Below are positions 25,345 through 38,057 of a stretch of DNA of 64,000 nucleotides, piece by piece (position 1 is the first letter of the stretch; each line of letters opens with the position of its first letter). Position numbers and translations under genes: made by a program. This DNA is from Heterodontus francisci. Taxonomy: Eukaryota. A model generated the notes under the pieces. It did no database searches. It worked only from the letters and a program-made list of their open reading frames with translations, and was not told the origin of the DNA. Location: NCBI RefSeq assembly GCF_036365525.1, contig NC_090404.1, positions 10,416,001 to 10,480,000 of the forward strand. The letters run 5' to 3'.

Positions 25345-28300
25345 ACAGAACATAGAACATAGAACAGTACAGCACAGTACAGGCCTTTCGGCCCACGATG
25401 TTGTGCCGAAACTTTAACCTACTCTAAGATCAAACTAACTATCTACCCTTCATTCTACTATCATCCATGTACCTATCCAAGAGTCGCTTAAATGCCCCTA
25501 ATGTATCTGCTTCTACTACCACCGCTGGCAGTGCATTCCATGTACCCACCACTCTCTGTGTAAAGAACCTACCTCTGACATCTCCCCTAAACCTTCCTCC
25601 AATCACCTTAAAATTATGCCCCCTGGTGATAGACATTTCCACCCTGGGAAAAACTCTCTGGCTATCCACTGTCTCTATGCCTCTCATCATCTTGTACACC
25701 TCTATCAAGTCACCTCTCATCCTTCTTCGCTCCAATGAAACCCTCCCCAACAGAACTATCAAATCTCCCTGCAAGGATATTAGTTCCTGTCGTGATAAAG
25801 CGCAGCCCGTCCATCTGGTACAGGTCCCACCTGCCCCAGAAACAATCCAATGCCTCTGAATCCAGATGTCCTCCCTCCTCTACCAATTCTCCAGCCACGT
25901 GTTCAATCGATCAATTCTCCTATTCCTATGCTCGTGGCACTGGGAGTATTCCGGAAATTACTGCTTTGGAGATCCTGCTTTTTAATTTCCTTGTACCCCT
26001 CTATCAAGTCACCTCTTATCCTTCTTCGCTCCAATGAGAAAAGCCCTAGCTCCCTCAATCTTTCTTCGTAAGACATGCCCTCCAGTCCAGGCAGCATCCT
26101 GGTAAATCTCCTTTGCACCCTCTCGAAAGCTTCCACATCCTTCCTAAAATGAGGCGACCAGAAATGAACACAATATTCCAAGTGTGGTCGATCCAGGGCC
26201 TGATAGAGCTGCAACATAACCTCGCGGCTCTTAAACTCAATCCCCCTGTTAATGAAAGCCAACACACCATACGCCTTCTTAACAACCCTATCAACTTGGG
26301 TGGCAACTTTGAGCGATCTATGGACATGGACCCCAAGATTCCTCTGTTCCTCCACACTACCAAGAATCCTGTCTTTAAGCCTATATTCAGCATTCAAATT
26401 CGACCTTCCAAAATGAATCACCACACTTTTCCAGGTAGAACTCGATCTGCCACTTCTCAGCCCAGCTCTGCATCCTGTCAATGTCCCGTTGTAACCTACA
26501 ACAGCCTTCCACACTATCCACAACTCCAGCAACCTTCGTGTCATCGGCAAACTTGCTACCCAGCATTCCACTTCCTCATCCAAGTCATTTATAAAAATCA
26601 CAAAGAGCAGAGGTCCCAGAACAGATCCCTGCGGAACACCACTGGTCACCGAGCTCCATGCTGAATACTTTCCATCTACTACCACCCTCTGTCTTCTATG
26701 GGCCAGCCAATTTTGTATCCAGACAGCCAACGTCCCCTATATCCCATGCCTCCTCACTTTCTGAATGAGCCTACCATGGGGAACCTTATCAAACGCCTTG
26801 CTAAAATCCATATACACCACATCCACTGCTCTTCCTTCATCAATGTGTTTTGTCACATCTTCAAAGAATTCAATAAGCCTTGTGAGGCATGCCCTACCCC
26901 TCACAAAGCCACGCTGATGGTCTCTAATCAAACCATGTTTTCCAAAAAATCATAAATTCTGTCTCTCAGAATCCTCTCCAACAATTTGACCACTACAGAC
27001 GTAAGACTGATTGGTCTATATTTCCCAGGGTTATCCCTATTCCCTTTCTTGAACAAGGGAACAACATTTGCCACCCTCCAATCATCCGGTACTACTCCAG
27101 TGGACAGTGTGGACGCAAAGATCATCGCCAAAGGCGCAGCAATCTCTTCCCTCGCTTCCCGTAATATCCTTGGGTATATCTCGTCTGGCCCCGCGGACTT
27201 ATCTGTCCTCATATCATTCAAACGTTCCAGCACATCCTCCCTCTTAACCTCAACCTGTTCGAGCATATCAGCCTGTTCCACGCTGTTCTCACAAACGACC
27301 AGGTCCCTCTCACTAGTGAATACTGAAGCAAAGTATTCATTTAGGACCTCCCCTACCTCCTCCGACTCCAGGCACAAGTTCCCTCCACTATCCCTGATCG
27401 GCCCTACCCTCACTCTGGCCATCCTCTTGTTCCTCACATGAGTGTAGAACGCCTTGGGAATTTCCTTAATCCTATCCACCAAGACTTTTTCATGTCCCCT
27501 TCTAGCTCTCCTAAGTCAGTTCTTCAGTTCCTTCCTAGCTACCTTGTAACCTTCTAGAGCCCTGTCTGATCCTTGCTTCCTCAACCTTAAGTAAGCTTCC
27601 TTCTTCCTCTTGACTAGCTGTTCCACATCTCTTGTCATCCAAGGTTCCTTCCCCCTACCATCCCCTCCTTGCCTCATCGGGACAAACCTATCCAGCAGTC
27701 GCAGCAAGTGCTCCCTAAACAACCTCCACATTTCTGTCGTGCATTTCCCTGAGAACATCTGATCCCTGTTTATGCTCCCCAGTTCCTGCCTAATAGCATT
27801 GTAATTCCCCCTCCCTCAATTAAATATTTTCCCATCCCGTCTGCTCCTGTCCCTCTCCATGACTATAGTAAAGGTCAGGGAGTTGTGATCACTATCACCG
27901 AAATGCTCGCCCACCGAGAGATCTGCCACCTGGCCTGGTTCGTTGCCAAGTACCAAGTCCAACATAGCCTCCCCTCTAGTCGGCCTATCTACATATTGAG
28001 TCAGGAAACCTTCCTGGACACACCTGACAAGAACTGCTCCATCCAAACTATTTGCACTAAGGAGGTTCCACTCAATATTAGGGAAGTTGAAGTCACCCAT
28101 GACAACAACCCTGTTACTTCTGCACCTTTCCAAAATCTGCTTCCCAATCTGTTCCTCCGTGTCTCTGTTGCTATTGGGGGGGTGGGGTCTATAGAAAACT
28201 CCCAATAAAGTGATTGCTCCTTTCCTGTTTCTGACTTCCACCCATAATGACTCAGTAGACAAACCCTCCTCGACGACCTCCCTTTCTGCAGCTGTGATAC

Positions 28301-28590
28301 TATCCCTGATTAGCAATGCCACTCCCCCACCTCTTTTACCTCCCTCGCTATTCCTTTTGAAACATCTAAACCCCGGAAAATCCAACATCCATTCCTGCCC
28401 CTGTGATATCCACGTCTCCATGATGGCCACAACATCGTAGCTCCAAGTACTGATCCATGCTCTAAGTTCATCACCCTTATTTCTGACACTTCTTGCGTTA
28501 AAATAGACACACTACAACCCATCATACTGTCTGCAACTTTGTCGTGTCAATTGTCTAACCTTCCTCACAGACTCTCTGCACTCGGTATCT
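25345..28590 (-). mobile_element. Relatively young CR1 LINE (ORF2) with (TTCTATG)n tail
   Basis: ORFs 27816-28430 (endonuclease), 26928-27482, 26737-26931 and 25903-26730 (RT). Confidence 0.92.
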
Positions 28591-28723
28591 GCCTGTTCAA
28601 CATCTATTTGTGGATTTGTGAGCTTTTAATCCCATTAATTTTTCAGTATCTTTTCTTTATTAATATTAATTGCTTTAACTTCTTGTCTCCAATTAGCCAC
28701 CTGATACTTCACAGTTCCAATTA

Positions 28724-31700
28724 AGAACATAGGAGGAGGAGGAGGCCATTCAGCCCATTGAGCCTGCCCTGCCATTCAATAGGATCATGGCTGATCATCC
28801 ACTTCAATGCCTTTTCCCTACACTATCCCCATATCCCCTTAAGTCATTTGTATTTAGAAATCTATAAATCTCTGCTTTAAACATACTCAATGACTGAGCC
28901 GTCTGGGGTGGAGAATTCCAAAGATTAACAACCATCTGAGTTAAGACATTTATCCTCATCTTTGTCCTAAGTGACTTCCCCCTTATTTTGAAATTGTGCC
29001 CCCTGGTTCTAGCCTCCCCAAAAAGGGGAAACATGTTAGCTGCATCTACCCTGTCTATCCCTTTAACTATTTTGTAGGTTTCAATGAGTTCACCTCTCAT
29101 ACTTCAAAACTCTGGAGAATACAGGCCCAGTTTCCCCAATTTCTCTTCATAGGACAGTGCTACCATCCCGGGAACAAGTCTGATGAATTTTCGTTGCTCG
29201 CCCTCTATGGCAATAATATCATTCCTAAAGAAAGGGGACCAAAACTGCACACAGTACTCCAAGTACGGTCTAACCAAGGTTCTAAACAATTGAAGCAAGA
29301 CTTCACTATTCCTGTACTCAAATCCTCTTGTGATAAAGGCTAACATACCATTAACCTTCTAAATTGCTTGCTGCACTTGCATGTTGGCTTTCAGTGATCT
29401 ATTGACAAAGTGACAAGGACACCCAAGTCCCTTTGTACATCTACACTTTATAATCTTTTATCATTTAAGAAATACTCTGCACATCGATTCCTCCTACCAA
29501 AGTGGATAATCTCATATTTTTCCACATTATATTTCATCTGCCACATTCTTGCCCACTCACTAAGTCTGTCCATTCCCCTTAAAGCTGTTTCATATCTTCC
29601 TCACAACACACATTCCAAGCCAGTTTTGTGCCATCCGCAAACTTGGAAATATTACATTTGGTCACCACATCCAAATCATTGATATATATTGTGAACAGCT
29701 GGGGCCGAAGCACTAATCCCTGCGTACCCCACTAGCCATAGCCTGCTAAGGCGAGAATGACACGTTTATCTCTACTCTCTGTTTTCTGCCTGTTAACCAA
29801 TCCTTAATCTATGCCAGTATATTACGGCCTATCCACGTGCTTCAATTTTGCTAACCAACCTCCTGTGGGGTCTTTATCAAAAGCCTTCTGAAAATCCAAG
29901 TATACCACATCCACCGATTCCCCTTTATCAATTCTATTAGTAACATCCTCAAAAACCTCCAACAGGTGCGTCAAACATGATTTCCCATTCATAAATTCAT
30001 CTTGACTATTCCCAATCAGATCATTATTATCCAAGAGTCCATTTATCACATCCTTTTGAATAGATTCTAGCATTTTCCTGATTGATGTAAGGCCAGCAGG
30101 TCTGTAATTTCCTGCTTTCTCTTTCCCTTCCTTCTTAAATATTAGGGTGACAGTTGCGACCTTCTAATCTGCAGGAACCACTCCAGAATCTATAGAATTT
30201 TGGAAGATGGTCACCAATGCATCCACTATCTCCATAGCTACCTCTTTCAACACTCTGGGATGTTCTAATATCAGGTCCCGGGGACTTATCAACCTTCAGT
30301 CTCATTAATTTCACTTAGCCAAACGTTTCCTTTTTAAATACATGTAGAAGATTTCACAGTCCATTTTTATATTATTTTCTAGCTTACCTTCATATTCTAT
30401 TCTCCCCTGTTTTACCAGTTTCTTGGTCCTCCTTTGCTGTATTCTAAAATCCTCCCAATCCTCAGGTATACTACTGTTGCTGGCAACTTTATAGGCCTTT
30501 TCTTTTAATCTTATACAATCCTTAACTTCCTTTGTTATCCACGGTTGGCTGCCTTTACTTCTGGGATTTTTCTGCCTTGAAAGAGCGTATAGTTGCTGTA
30601 AACTATGTAATATTTCTTTAAAGACTTGTCTATATACTCTCATACCTTTTAATGTAGTTTCCCAATCCACCTCAGCCAATTTCCCCCTCAGATCTTCATA
30701 ATTTCCTTTGTTCAAATTTAACACCCTGGCTTCAGATAGAATTACCTCACTTTCAAACATGATGTAAAATTCTTTCATGTTATGGTCACTCATCCCTAAA
30801 TTTTCTTTTACAACAAGATTATTGATAAGTCCTTTCTCATTACATAATACTAGACATAAAATAGCCTGTTCTGTAGTCGGTTCCTCAACATACTGCTTTA
30901 GAAAACCATCCCTAACAAACTCCAGAAACTTGTCTTCCACAACATTAGTGCTCATTAGCTTTACCCAGTCTATATGCAGATTGAAGTCACCCATGATTAC
31001 TGTATTGCCCATGCCACATGCTTCACTAATCTCCTGATTACTACCATGCCCCACACTATCAGTACTGTTTGGTGGTCTATAAACAACTCCTACCAATGTT
31101 TGCTGCCACTTGCTGTTTCTTAGCTCCACCCAAACAGATGCCACATTTTTTCCTTCTGATCTGAGATCCTCCCTTACTAATGTACTGATCCCATCCCTTA
31201 TTATCAGCGCAACACTACCTCCTTTTCCTTTTTTATCTGTCCTTCCTATATATCGAAAATCCTTGAATATTCAGTTTCCGGTCTTGGTCACCCTGCAGTC
31301 ACGTTTCCATAGTGGTAATCAGATCATGCCCATTTACCTCTATTTGTGCCTTTAAATCATCTACCTTGTTGCGAATGCTGCGTGCATTCAGTTAGAGTGC
31401 CCTTACCCTTGTCTTCTTGACAGTCTGCATTTAAGCCGAGTTGATGATCGCATTTGTTTCGCCTGCCTTCTAATGTCACTTGCTACTGTTCTACCTCCTG
31501 TTACCAGCTTTTCTTCCTTCCAATTTGAGTTACCCCTCAGGTTCACATCTCCTGACAAGTTAGTTTATAGAACATAGAACATAGAACAGTACAGCACAGT
31601 ACAAGCCCTTCAGCCCACGATGTTGTGCCGAACCTTTAACCTACTCTAAGATCAAACTACCTACATACCCTTCATTCTACTATCATCCATGTACCTATCC

Positions 31701-33000
31701 AAGAGTCGCTTAAATGGCCCTAATGTATCTGCTTCTACTACCACCGCTGGCAGTGCATTCCACGCACCCACCACTCTCTGTGTAAAGAACCTACCTCTGA
31801 CATCTCCCCTAAACCTTCCTCCAATCACCTTAAAATTATGCCCCCTGGTGATAGACATTTCCACCCTGGGAAAAACTCTCTGGCTATCCACTGTCTCTAT
31901 GCCTCTCATCATCTTGTACACCTCTATCAAGTCACCTCTCATCCTTCTTCGCTCCAATGAAACCCTCCCCAACAGAACTATCAAATCTCCCTGCAAGGAT
32001 ATTAGTTCCTGTCGTGATAAAGCGCAGCCCGTCCATCTGGTACAGGTCCCACCTGCCCCAGAAACAATCCAATGCCTCTGAATCCAGATGTCCTCCCTCC
32101 TCTACCAATTCTCCAGCCACGTGTTCAATCGATCAATTCTCCTATTCCTATGCTCGTGGCACTGGGAGTATTCCGGAAATTACTGCTTTGGAGATCCTGC
32201 TTTTTAATTTCCTTCCAAACTCCCTAAAATCTGCTTTCAGAACCTCATCCTACCTATGTCATTGGTGCCAATGTGGACCACAACCACCGGCTGTTCACCC
32301 TCCCCCAGAAGGATGTCCTGCAGCAGCTCCGTGACATCCTTGACGCTGGCACCAGGGAGGCAACACACCATCCTGGAGCCATGTTTACTGCCACAGAAAC
32401 GCCTGTATGATCCCCTGACTATCAAATCCCCTATCACTATCGCTGTTCACTATCGCTCTAATTCTCCCCTCATGTGCAGCTGAGCCACCAGTGGTGCCAC
32501 GGACTTTGCTCTGGCTGCACTCCCCCGAGGAGCCATCTCTCTGTCCAAAATGGAAAACCGATTAACAAGCAAGATCGACTCAATGGACTCCTCCACTGCC
32601 TGCCCGGTTCTTATAGACTGCCTGGTGGTCACCCATTCCCTCTTTTCCCGCATGCTCCTAACCTGTGGTGTGACCACCTCCCTAAACATGCTATCCACGT
32701 AGTCCTCTGCTTCGTGGATGCACAACAATGACTCCAGCCACTGTTCGAGTACCAAAACCTAGAGCTCAAGCTTCTGCAGCCGGTGACACTTCCTGTAGAC
32801 GTGTTCGTCTCGGATATGAGGTGTGTCCATGACTTCCCAAATACCGCTGGACGTACATTCCACTTGGCCAAGCCTACCTGCCATACCGTAACTTTGAAGA
32901 CTGTTTTTTTTACAATGAGAAGTAAAATAAATTCACAGTTACTCACCAATCAACTTCGTCCCCCGTACCGAAGAGAGAGGCAGCTACTGGAGGCTGAAAA
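28724..33000 (-). mobile_element. Older CR1 LINE with ORF1 and ORF2 remnants; nested young CR1 3' end at about 31567-31958
   Basis: ORF1 motifs IGDLIVRG, CCLPGASVKD, PVVVVHIGTND; endonuclease ORF 30311-31144; RT fragments. Confidence 0.88.
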
Positions 33001-33004
33001 AAGG

Positions 33005-33009
33005 GAGAA

Positions 33010-33060
<51 letters not shown>
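33005..33060 (+). repeat. (AAAG)n microsatellite
   Basis: Direct reading. Confidence 0.95.
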
Positions 33061-33061
<1 letters not shown>

Positions 33062-35011
33062 GAGTCCCTTCTTCACGCACCAAAATCCCACTTTACACAC
33101 TCTGCACTCAAATTTATTTTCTTCTGAATTTATGATCCCCTCCTTCCCGAACTCCCTCAATTACGAAACTCCCCTAACACTCTCTGCCCTCTCGCGGCAC
33201 TCAATGCAGACAAGCAGGACTGAGAGTCGCATGAATATTTACTCTGTAAACAATGCTGTGACAGCTCTACTGGAGCTCTGCTACAGCTCAGAAACCAGTT
33301 TAAGATATCTACCTAATTAACTAGCTATAGCTATTCTCAGAGTGTTAGTATGCCCCTGTTTAAAACTATAAGAAAATTAACCTACCTCTTAACTGAAACA
33401 GGAATTTCAATTCAATGCTAGATGTAAACAAAACAAAACTAATCTTGAGAGATTAACCCTTAAAATTCACTCACTTACCAAACTGCCTTCTTCACACTAA
33501 GTGCCGAGTTTGCGTTCTTTGAGTCCTCTACTGCAAAGGCAGACACTAAATATCTGTTTAATATGTCTGCCATTTCCTTCTTCCCAATTATAATTAATCT
33601 TGTTTCTGCTTCTAAGGGTCCACTTTTGCTTTCAGTACGCTCTTCCTTTTAACATACTTGTAAAAGTTCTTACAATCTGTTTTCATTTTTCTTGCTAGTT
33701 TACTTATACTCTATATGCCCCCTCATTATCATTTTGTGATCAAACTTTGCTGACTTTTAAAACACTAACTAGGGAATCTACGATACTACTAATTACTACT
33801 CTGACGGCATTGTATTCTTACTTGAATTTTATATTATCCTTAACTTCCCTGGTTCACCATAGCTACACCACTTTGCTGATGGAATTTTCTATTCCTCAAA
33901 GGAATGTATGTTCGTTGAGAATTAGAAATTATTTATTTGAATATTTACCATTGCTTATTGAACATTCTATATTTTCAATCTGATCTCCCAACTAGCTCAG
34001 CCTGCACGCTCCTCATCCTTCCCTAATTGGCCTTTTTTTAAAGTTAAGACCCGGGTTTCGGTTTATCCATATTACCCTCAAATTGAATATGACATCTTGC
34101 ATTTTATGATCACTCTTCCCTAGAGGATCCTTTACTTTAAGAAAACAAATTAATACAGTCTCGTTACAAAATGTATTGGAACTAAGATCGTCCATTCCCT
34201 AGTAATTTTCCTCAACATAATGTTCGAGATAGGTGTCTCGAATGCATTCCAGAATCTCGTCCTCTCATCTACTTTTGTCAATTTGCTTTTCCCACTCCAT
34301 ATAGAGATTACAGTCCCCCATGATTATTGCATTTGCCATGTTACATGCTCCTCTAACTTGCTGATTTATCCTCTGTCTACCAACATGATTGCTTTTAAAT
34401 ACATCGGTGTTTTCAGACATTTCTTATTTTGCAGCTCCATGCTGATTTTAGATCTTGACTTTTTGGTCTAGGATCCGCTCTCACTAATGCCTTTATCTCA
34501 TCCTTTATGAACAGACCTATCCCGTTTCCTTTTTCGTTTTGCCTAGTTTTCCCAATGGGCAAGTACCTTTGTATATTTAGTTCCTAACTTTAGTCACCCT
34601 GTAAGCATGTCTCAGCAATGGCTACAATAACAAATACATTAATCGCTATTTGTGCCATTAATTTAACTGTCTTCTGACAAACGCTTCGTGCATTCCGAAA
34701 TAGCGCCTTTCATTTTATTTTATTTTATACTATTTTTCCCTGTTGTGCCCTGAGTCGGCTCAGCCTCTATTACTGGTATTAAACTATCTGTCCCTTCCTG
34801 CTGGATTTTACCCAAATCTCTACTCGGCGCTACAGCCTTGAATTATATTTTCAGACTTACCAAATTAGCATTGGTAATATCTTGTGTTCCCTATTTAACT
34901 GTCCGTATCGGGCAGGCCGTTACAGGAATCGAAGCGGCCGCTGTAGCGTCAGTCTCACTCTCCTGGTATCTCAGTTACACTGTCCGGCCGGGATGGAATC
35001 TCCGGCCCAAC

Positions 35012-35042
<31 letters not shown>

Positions 35043-35425
35043 GCTTCCTGGGTCATATGATCGGAGGCTGGAGTCTCGGCAATCTGCGGTCATTTCAACC
35101 AACTGTGGATCAGAGTGAGAAGGAGTTTGGGATATTTTGGGAATCCACCGAGATCCACGTTAAACTAATGATGGTCCAGATGGGGTCAGCACCCCGCAGA
35201 CTGCCTTCTCTGTCGGGATCTCACTTCATCTCTCCAGACTCAAACCTGGACCCTCTTCCCAGTTCATAATCTCCCCTGAATCTAAAACTGTAATGGAAAA
35301 GTTCCATTAGGAAACTGCTCTGTTTTATTTTCAAGCGATTGAGGTGATATTGATCGCAATAATAAACTGTTGGGTGAATATTTACTCTTACAGTTTATAA
35401 CATGGCGGGATTTGCAGTCACTTAC

Positions 35426-35478
35426 CGGCTGTGACAGTCACTACCGTCCCTGATCCATCGACATATCTACTCTCGTAA
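35426..35478 (-). CDS. NAR-TCR J segment, cassette 2 (YESRYVDGSGTVVTVTA)
   Basis: Heptamer 35479-35485, 23-nt spacer, nonamer 35509-35517; phase-1 donor GTAAGT at 35425. Confidence 0.9.
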
Positions 35479-35869
35479 CACAGTGACACCGCTCTCAGTC
35501 ACCCCGATTCAAGAACTACCGACACCTCAAACTGCAGGTCACACATCACCAGACAGTCGGCTCCGCCCAATTATTCCAGGGATTATAGATTAATAAACAA
35601 TATTCCATGTTTCACATTCCTTGTCGGTTCAAACTGTTCTTTGTGAGACTCTGAACTCTTCATGAAATGGCCCAGGAACACGGGCCGTAGATGGACACTT
35701 CATATAAAGGGAGACAAATATCAGACGAAGGTAATGGAAAGGAGGAAATTAGAATATAATTAAACCATATTACAGTGATAATAATATCGACCCTTCAATT
35801 CAGGATCCGTTCCCGGGGAATTTCTATTTTAATAGTGCAGAGGTATTTGTTCAAGTCTCTTCCACTGTG

Positions 35870-35886
35870 ACTTTTTCCCAAATAAA
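35870..35886 (-). CDS. NAR-TCR D segment, cassette 2 (TTTATTTGGGAAAAAGT), 12/12 RSS
   Basis: Heptamer 35887-35893 + 12 nt + ACAAAATCC 35906-35914; heptamer 35869-35863 + 12 nt + ACAAATACC 35850-35842; open in all three frames. Confidence 0.9.
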
Positions 35887-36278
35887 CACAGTGTTTCAAG
35901 TCAGCACAAAATCCCCTGATTCTTGGTGAGATGTGGGAACGTTAGTTAAATGGCAGGGTCTGCGGTTACTGGTTCCAGCAGTTAGAACAGGATCACATCC
36001 GGTGTTATGCATTTGGGAACTGGGATCAGTTATTCCCAATCGCCGTTCACCGACACCAATCCCGGGAATGATATCACCATCCGCACACAATCGGCATTTA
36101 TAATACTCAAGATGTTAACGGAAACAATCTAATTTCATTATAAACTAGACAGTGGGGCAGACGTTGCCAGGCGGAACTGTGGGGTTTTACGGCAGATTAA
36201 CTCCGTTTTTTCTTTTGCTTCTTTGATAATCTGTAGTGAAAGTTTTTGTGTCGCGGGAAGCCGAGGCCCATCGTTGTG

Positions 36279-36756
36279 TGTTGTAGTAGTATTCGTACTC
36301 AGCTTTACAGTAATAGGTGGCGGTGTCTTCAACTCTCGCATCCCGAATTTTCAGAAAAAATGTTTTTTCTGCCTTATTCACCGACACATCAAATCGCCCT
36401 CCACCAGAGATCCGCTCCCACTCTGTCCCGGTCTGGGTTTGTCTGAAGAAATGTCCATTTAGGAAAGTATAATCCCAATAACCACCATTGTAAACACAGG
36501 TGATGGTGAGAGACTGACACTCCTTCCTGGTCACCGCTCCCGGGGTCTGTATCACTGACTGACTGAAAGAGCCTGGAAATTAAACAGAGAGAGTTTAATG
36601 GGCCATCAGAGCCGAACCACACAACGAGGCTAATACAGTGTCTGCAATTCGGATGGGCTCGGGCAGCTATATATAAAATCCACACAATGTCGGTTTGTTT
36701 GTTCGGTACTCACGGGGTAAACAGACACACAGGGTGAAAACAAGGAGGATTCCCAT
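36279..36756 (-). CDS. NAR-TCR V gene (VNAR-like): leader exon 36756-36714, V exon 36572-36279
   Basis: Leader MGILLVFTLCVCLP with a GT-AG intron; V = QSVIQTPGAVTRKECQSLTITC..ERISGGGRFDVSVNKAEKTFFLKIRDARVEDTATYYCKAEYEYYYN; VNAR-type short FR2/CDR2; extra FR1 Cys; RSS CACAACG + 22 nt + ACAAAAACT (36278-36241). Confidence 0.9.
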
Positions 36757-38057
36757 CGTTTTGCTGCCTGGAGCTGATGGTTTATGTGACGGGGAGCTGG
36801 AGACTGCAGCCCTGGACTGCTCTGGGAGACTGGGCCTCAGAGCTGGACTGAAATACTTCAGGGGGTCGAGTTGATTTGCAGAGGGCAGTGTCCAGGAGAT
36901 TATTGATGGGCCGCACGGTTCCCGGGTCTCTGACTGTGTGTTGTCTGAAAAAGCGACAGGTTTAAAGAGGGAACTTGCAGTTTTCTGTCGCTTCATTGAG
37001 TCTGTGTGCCCGATGTGAAATCCCCTCCCACATTAGTCTGATGTACAGGGGGTGGGGCTGGGGGGGGGCGTGGTTTCTGTCAGTAGAAGCTGCCGCCCTC
37101 CTTTCCCCCACAGTAATGAGCTGGGAGGTCGCTCCATGTGTTTTTATTGGGTGGTGTTTGTTGAGGGTGGAATGTGGGCCCAGGACACCGGGAGAATCCC
37201 CCCTCCCCGCTCTTATTCCAATAGTGCCGGGGATTCTTTAACATCTCCCTGAACGGGCTGGCGGGGCCTCGGTTAAACGTTTGATCTGAAGGACGAAGCC
37301 TCAGACCCGGCAGCTTCCCTCAGTCCAGCAACTAAGGGTCAGGTTACAATATCAGACAGTCCAGTGGCATTGTTAATATCCAGGCAGACAGACGCAATAT
37401 GGACATAGAATAAACTCTTCCTGTCATTTAAATACATGCTTCCCGCACCCGTTCCTTCTGTCGTATGTACTTGAAATGATGTTTCAATTCAGTAATGACT
37501 GATTTACAATTCTGTAATATTGAGAGTTTCCGGATGCAGTGACAGAGAATGAAGCGACACTCGGAAGGACAATGGAAATTGGGAGAACTTTGTACTTGAG
37601 ACTTGTTTTATTTTTTAATGGGCTGTGGGCGTCGCTGGCTAGGCCAACATTTGTTACCCGTCCAGTTGGAACTGGACGCAGCTTGGCCAGTGGAGAGTAT
37701 TGTAGATGGTGGACAGGGGAGTCAGGGGGTGAGTTGCTTACCGCAGAATTCCCAGTCTCTGATCTGCTGTTGTAGGCATGGTATTTATGTGGCTGCTCCA
37801 GTTATGTGTAGGTTTTTGCTGCGTACTGTGGACGGCACCTTCCATCACTTTTCTGATGATGGAGAGTAGACTGATTGGGTGGTAGTTTGCTCGATTGGAT
37901 TTTGTTGAAAGAATTCCATTCTTACTAAATCATAAATCCAATCAGATGAACTGAGGAACTATTAACCTGAAGTCCTTCTAATGTATGCAGATGCACATGA
38001 CGACCATAGTACTCTAACGTAATAATAGTTCAGTATGATCTAGTAATAGCCCCGCTG

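Noticed and set aside
36874-36881. Ig octamer in the NAR-TCR V promoter
   Set aside because: Only a 7/8 match (ATTTGCAG); not distinguishable from chance without comparative data.
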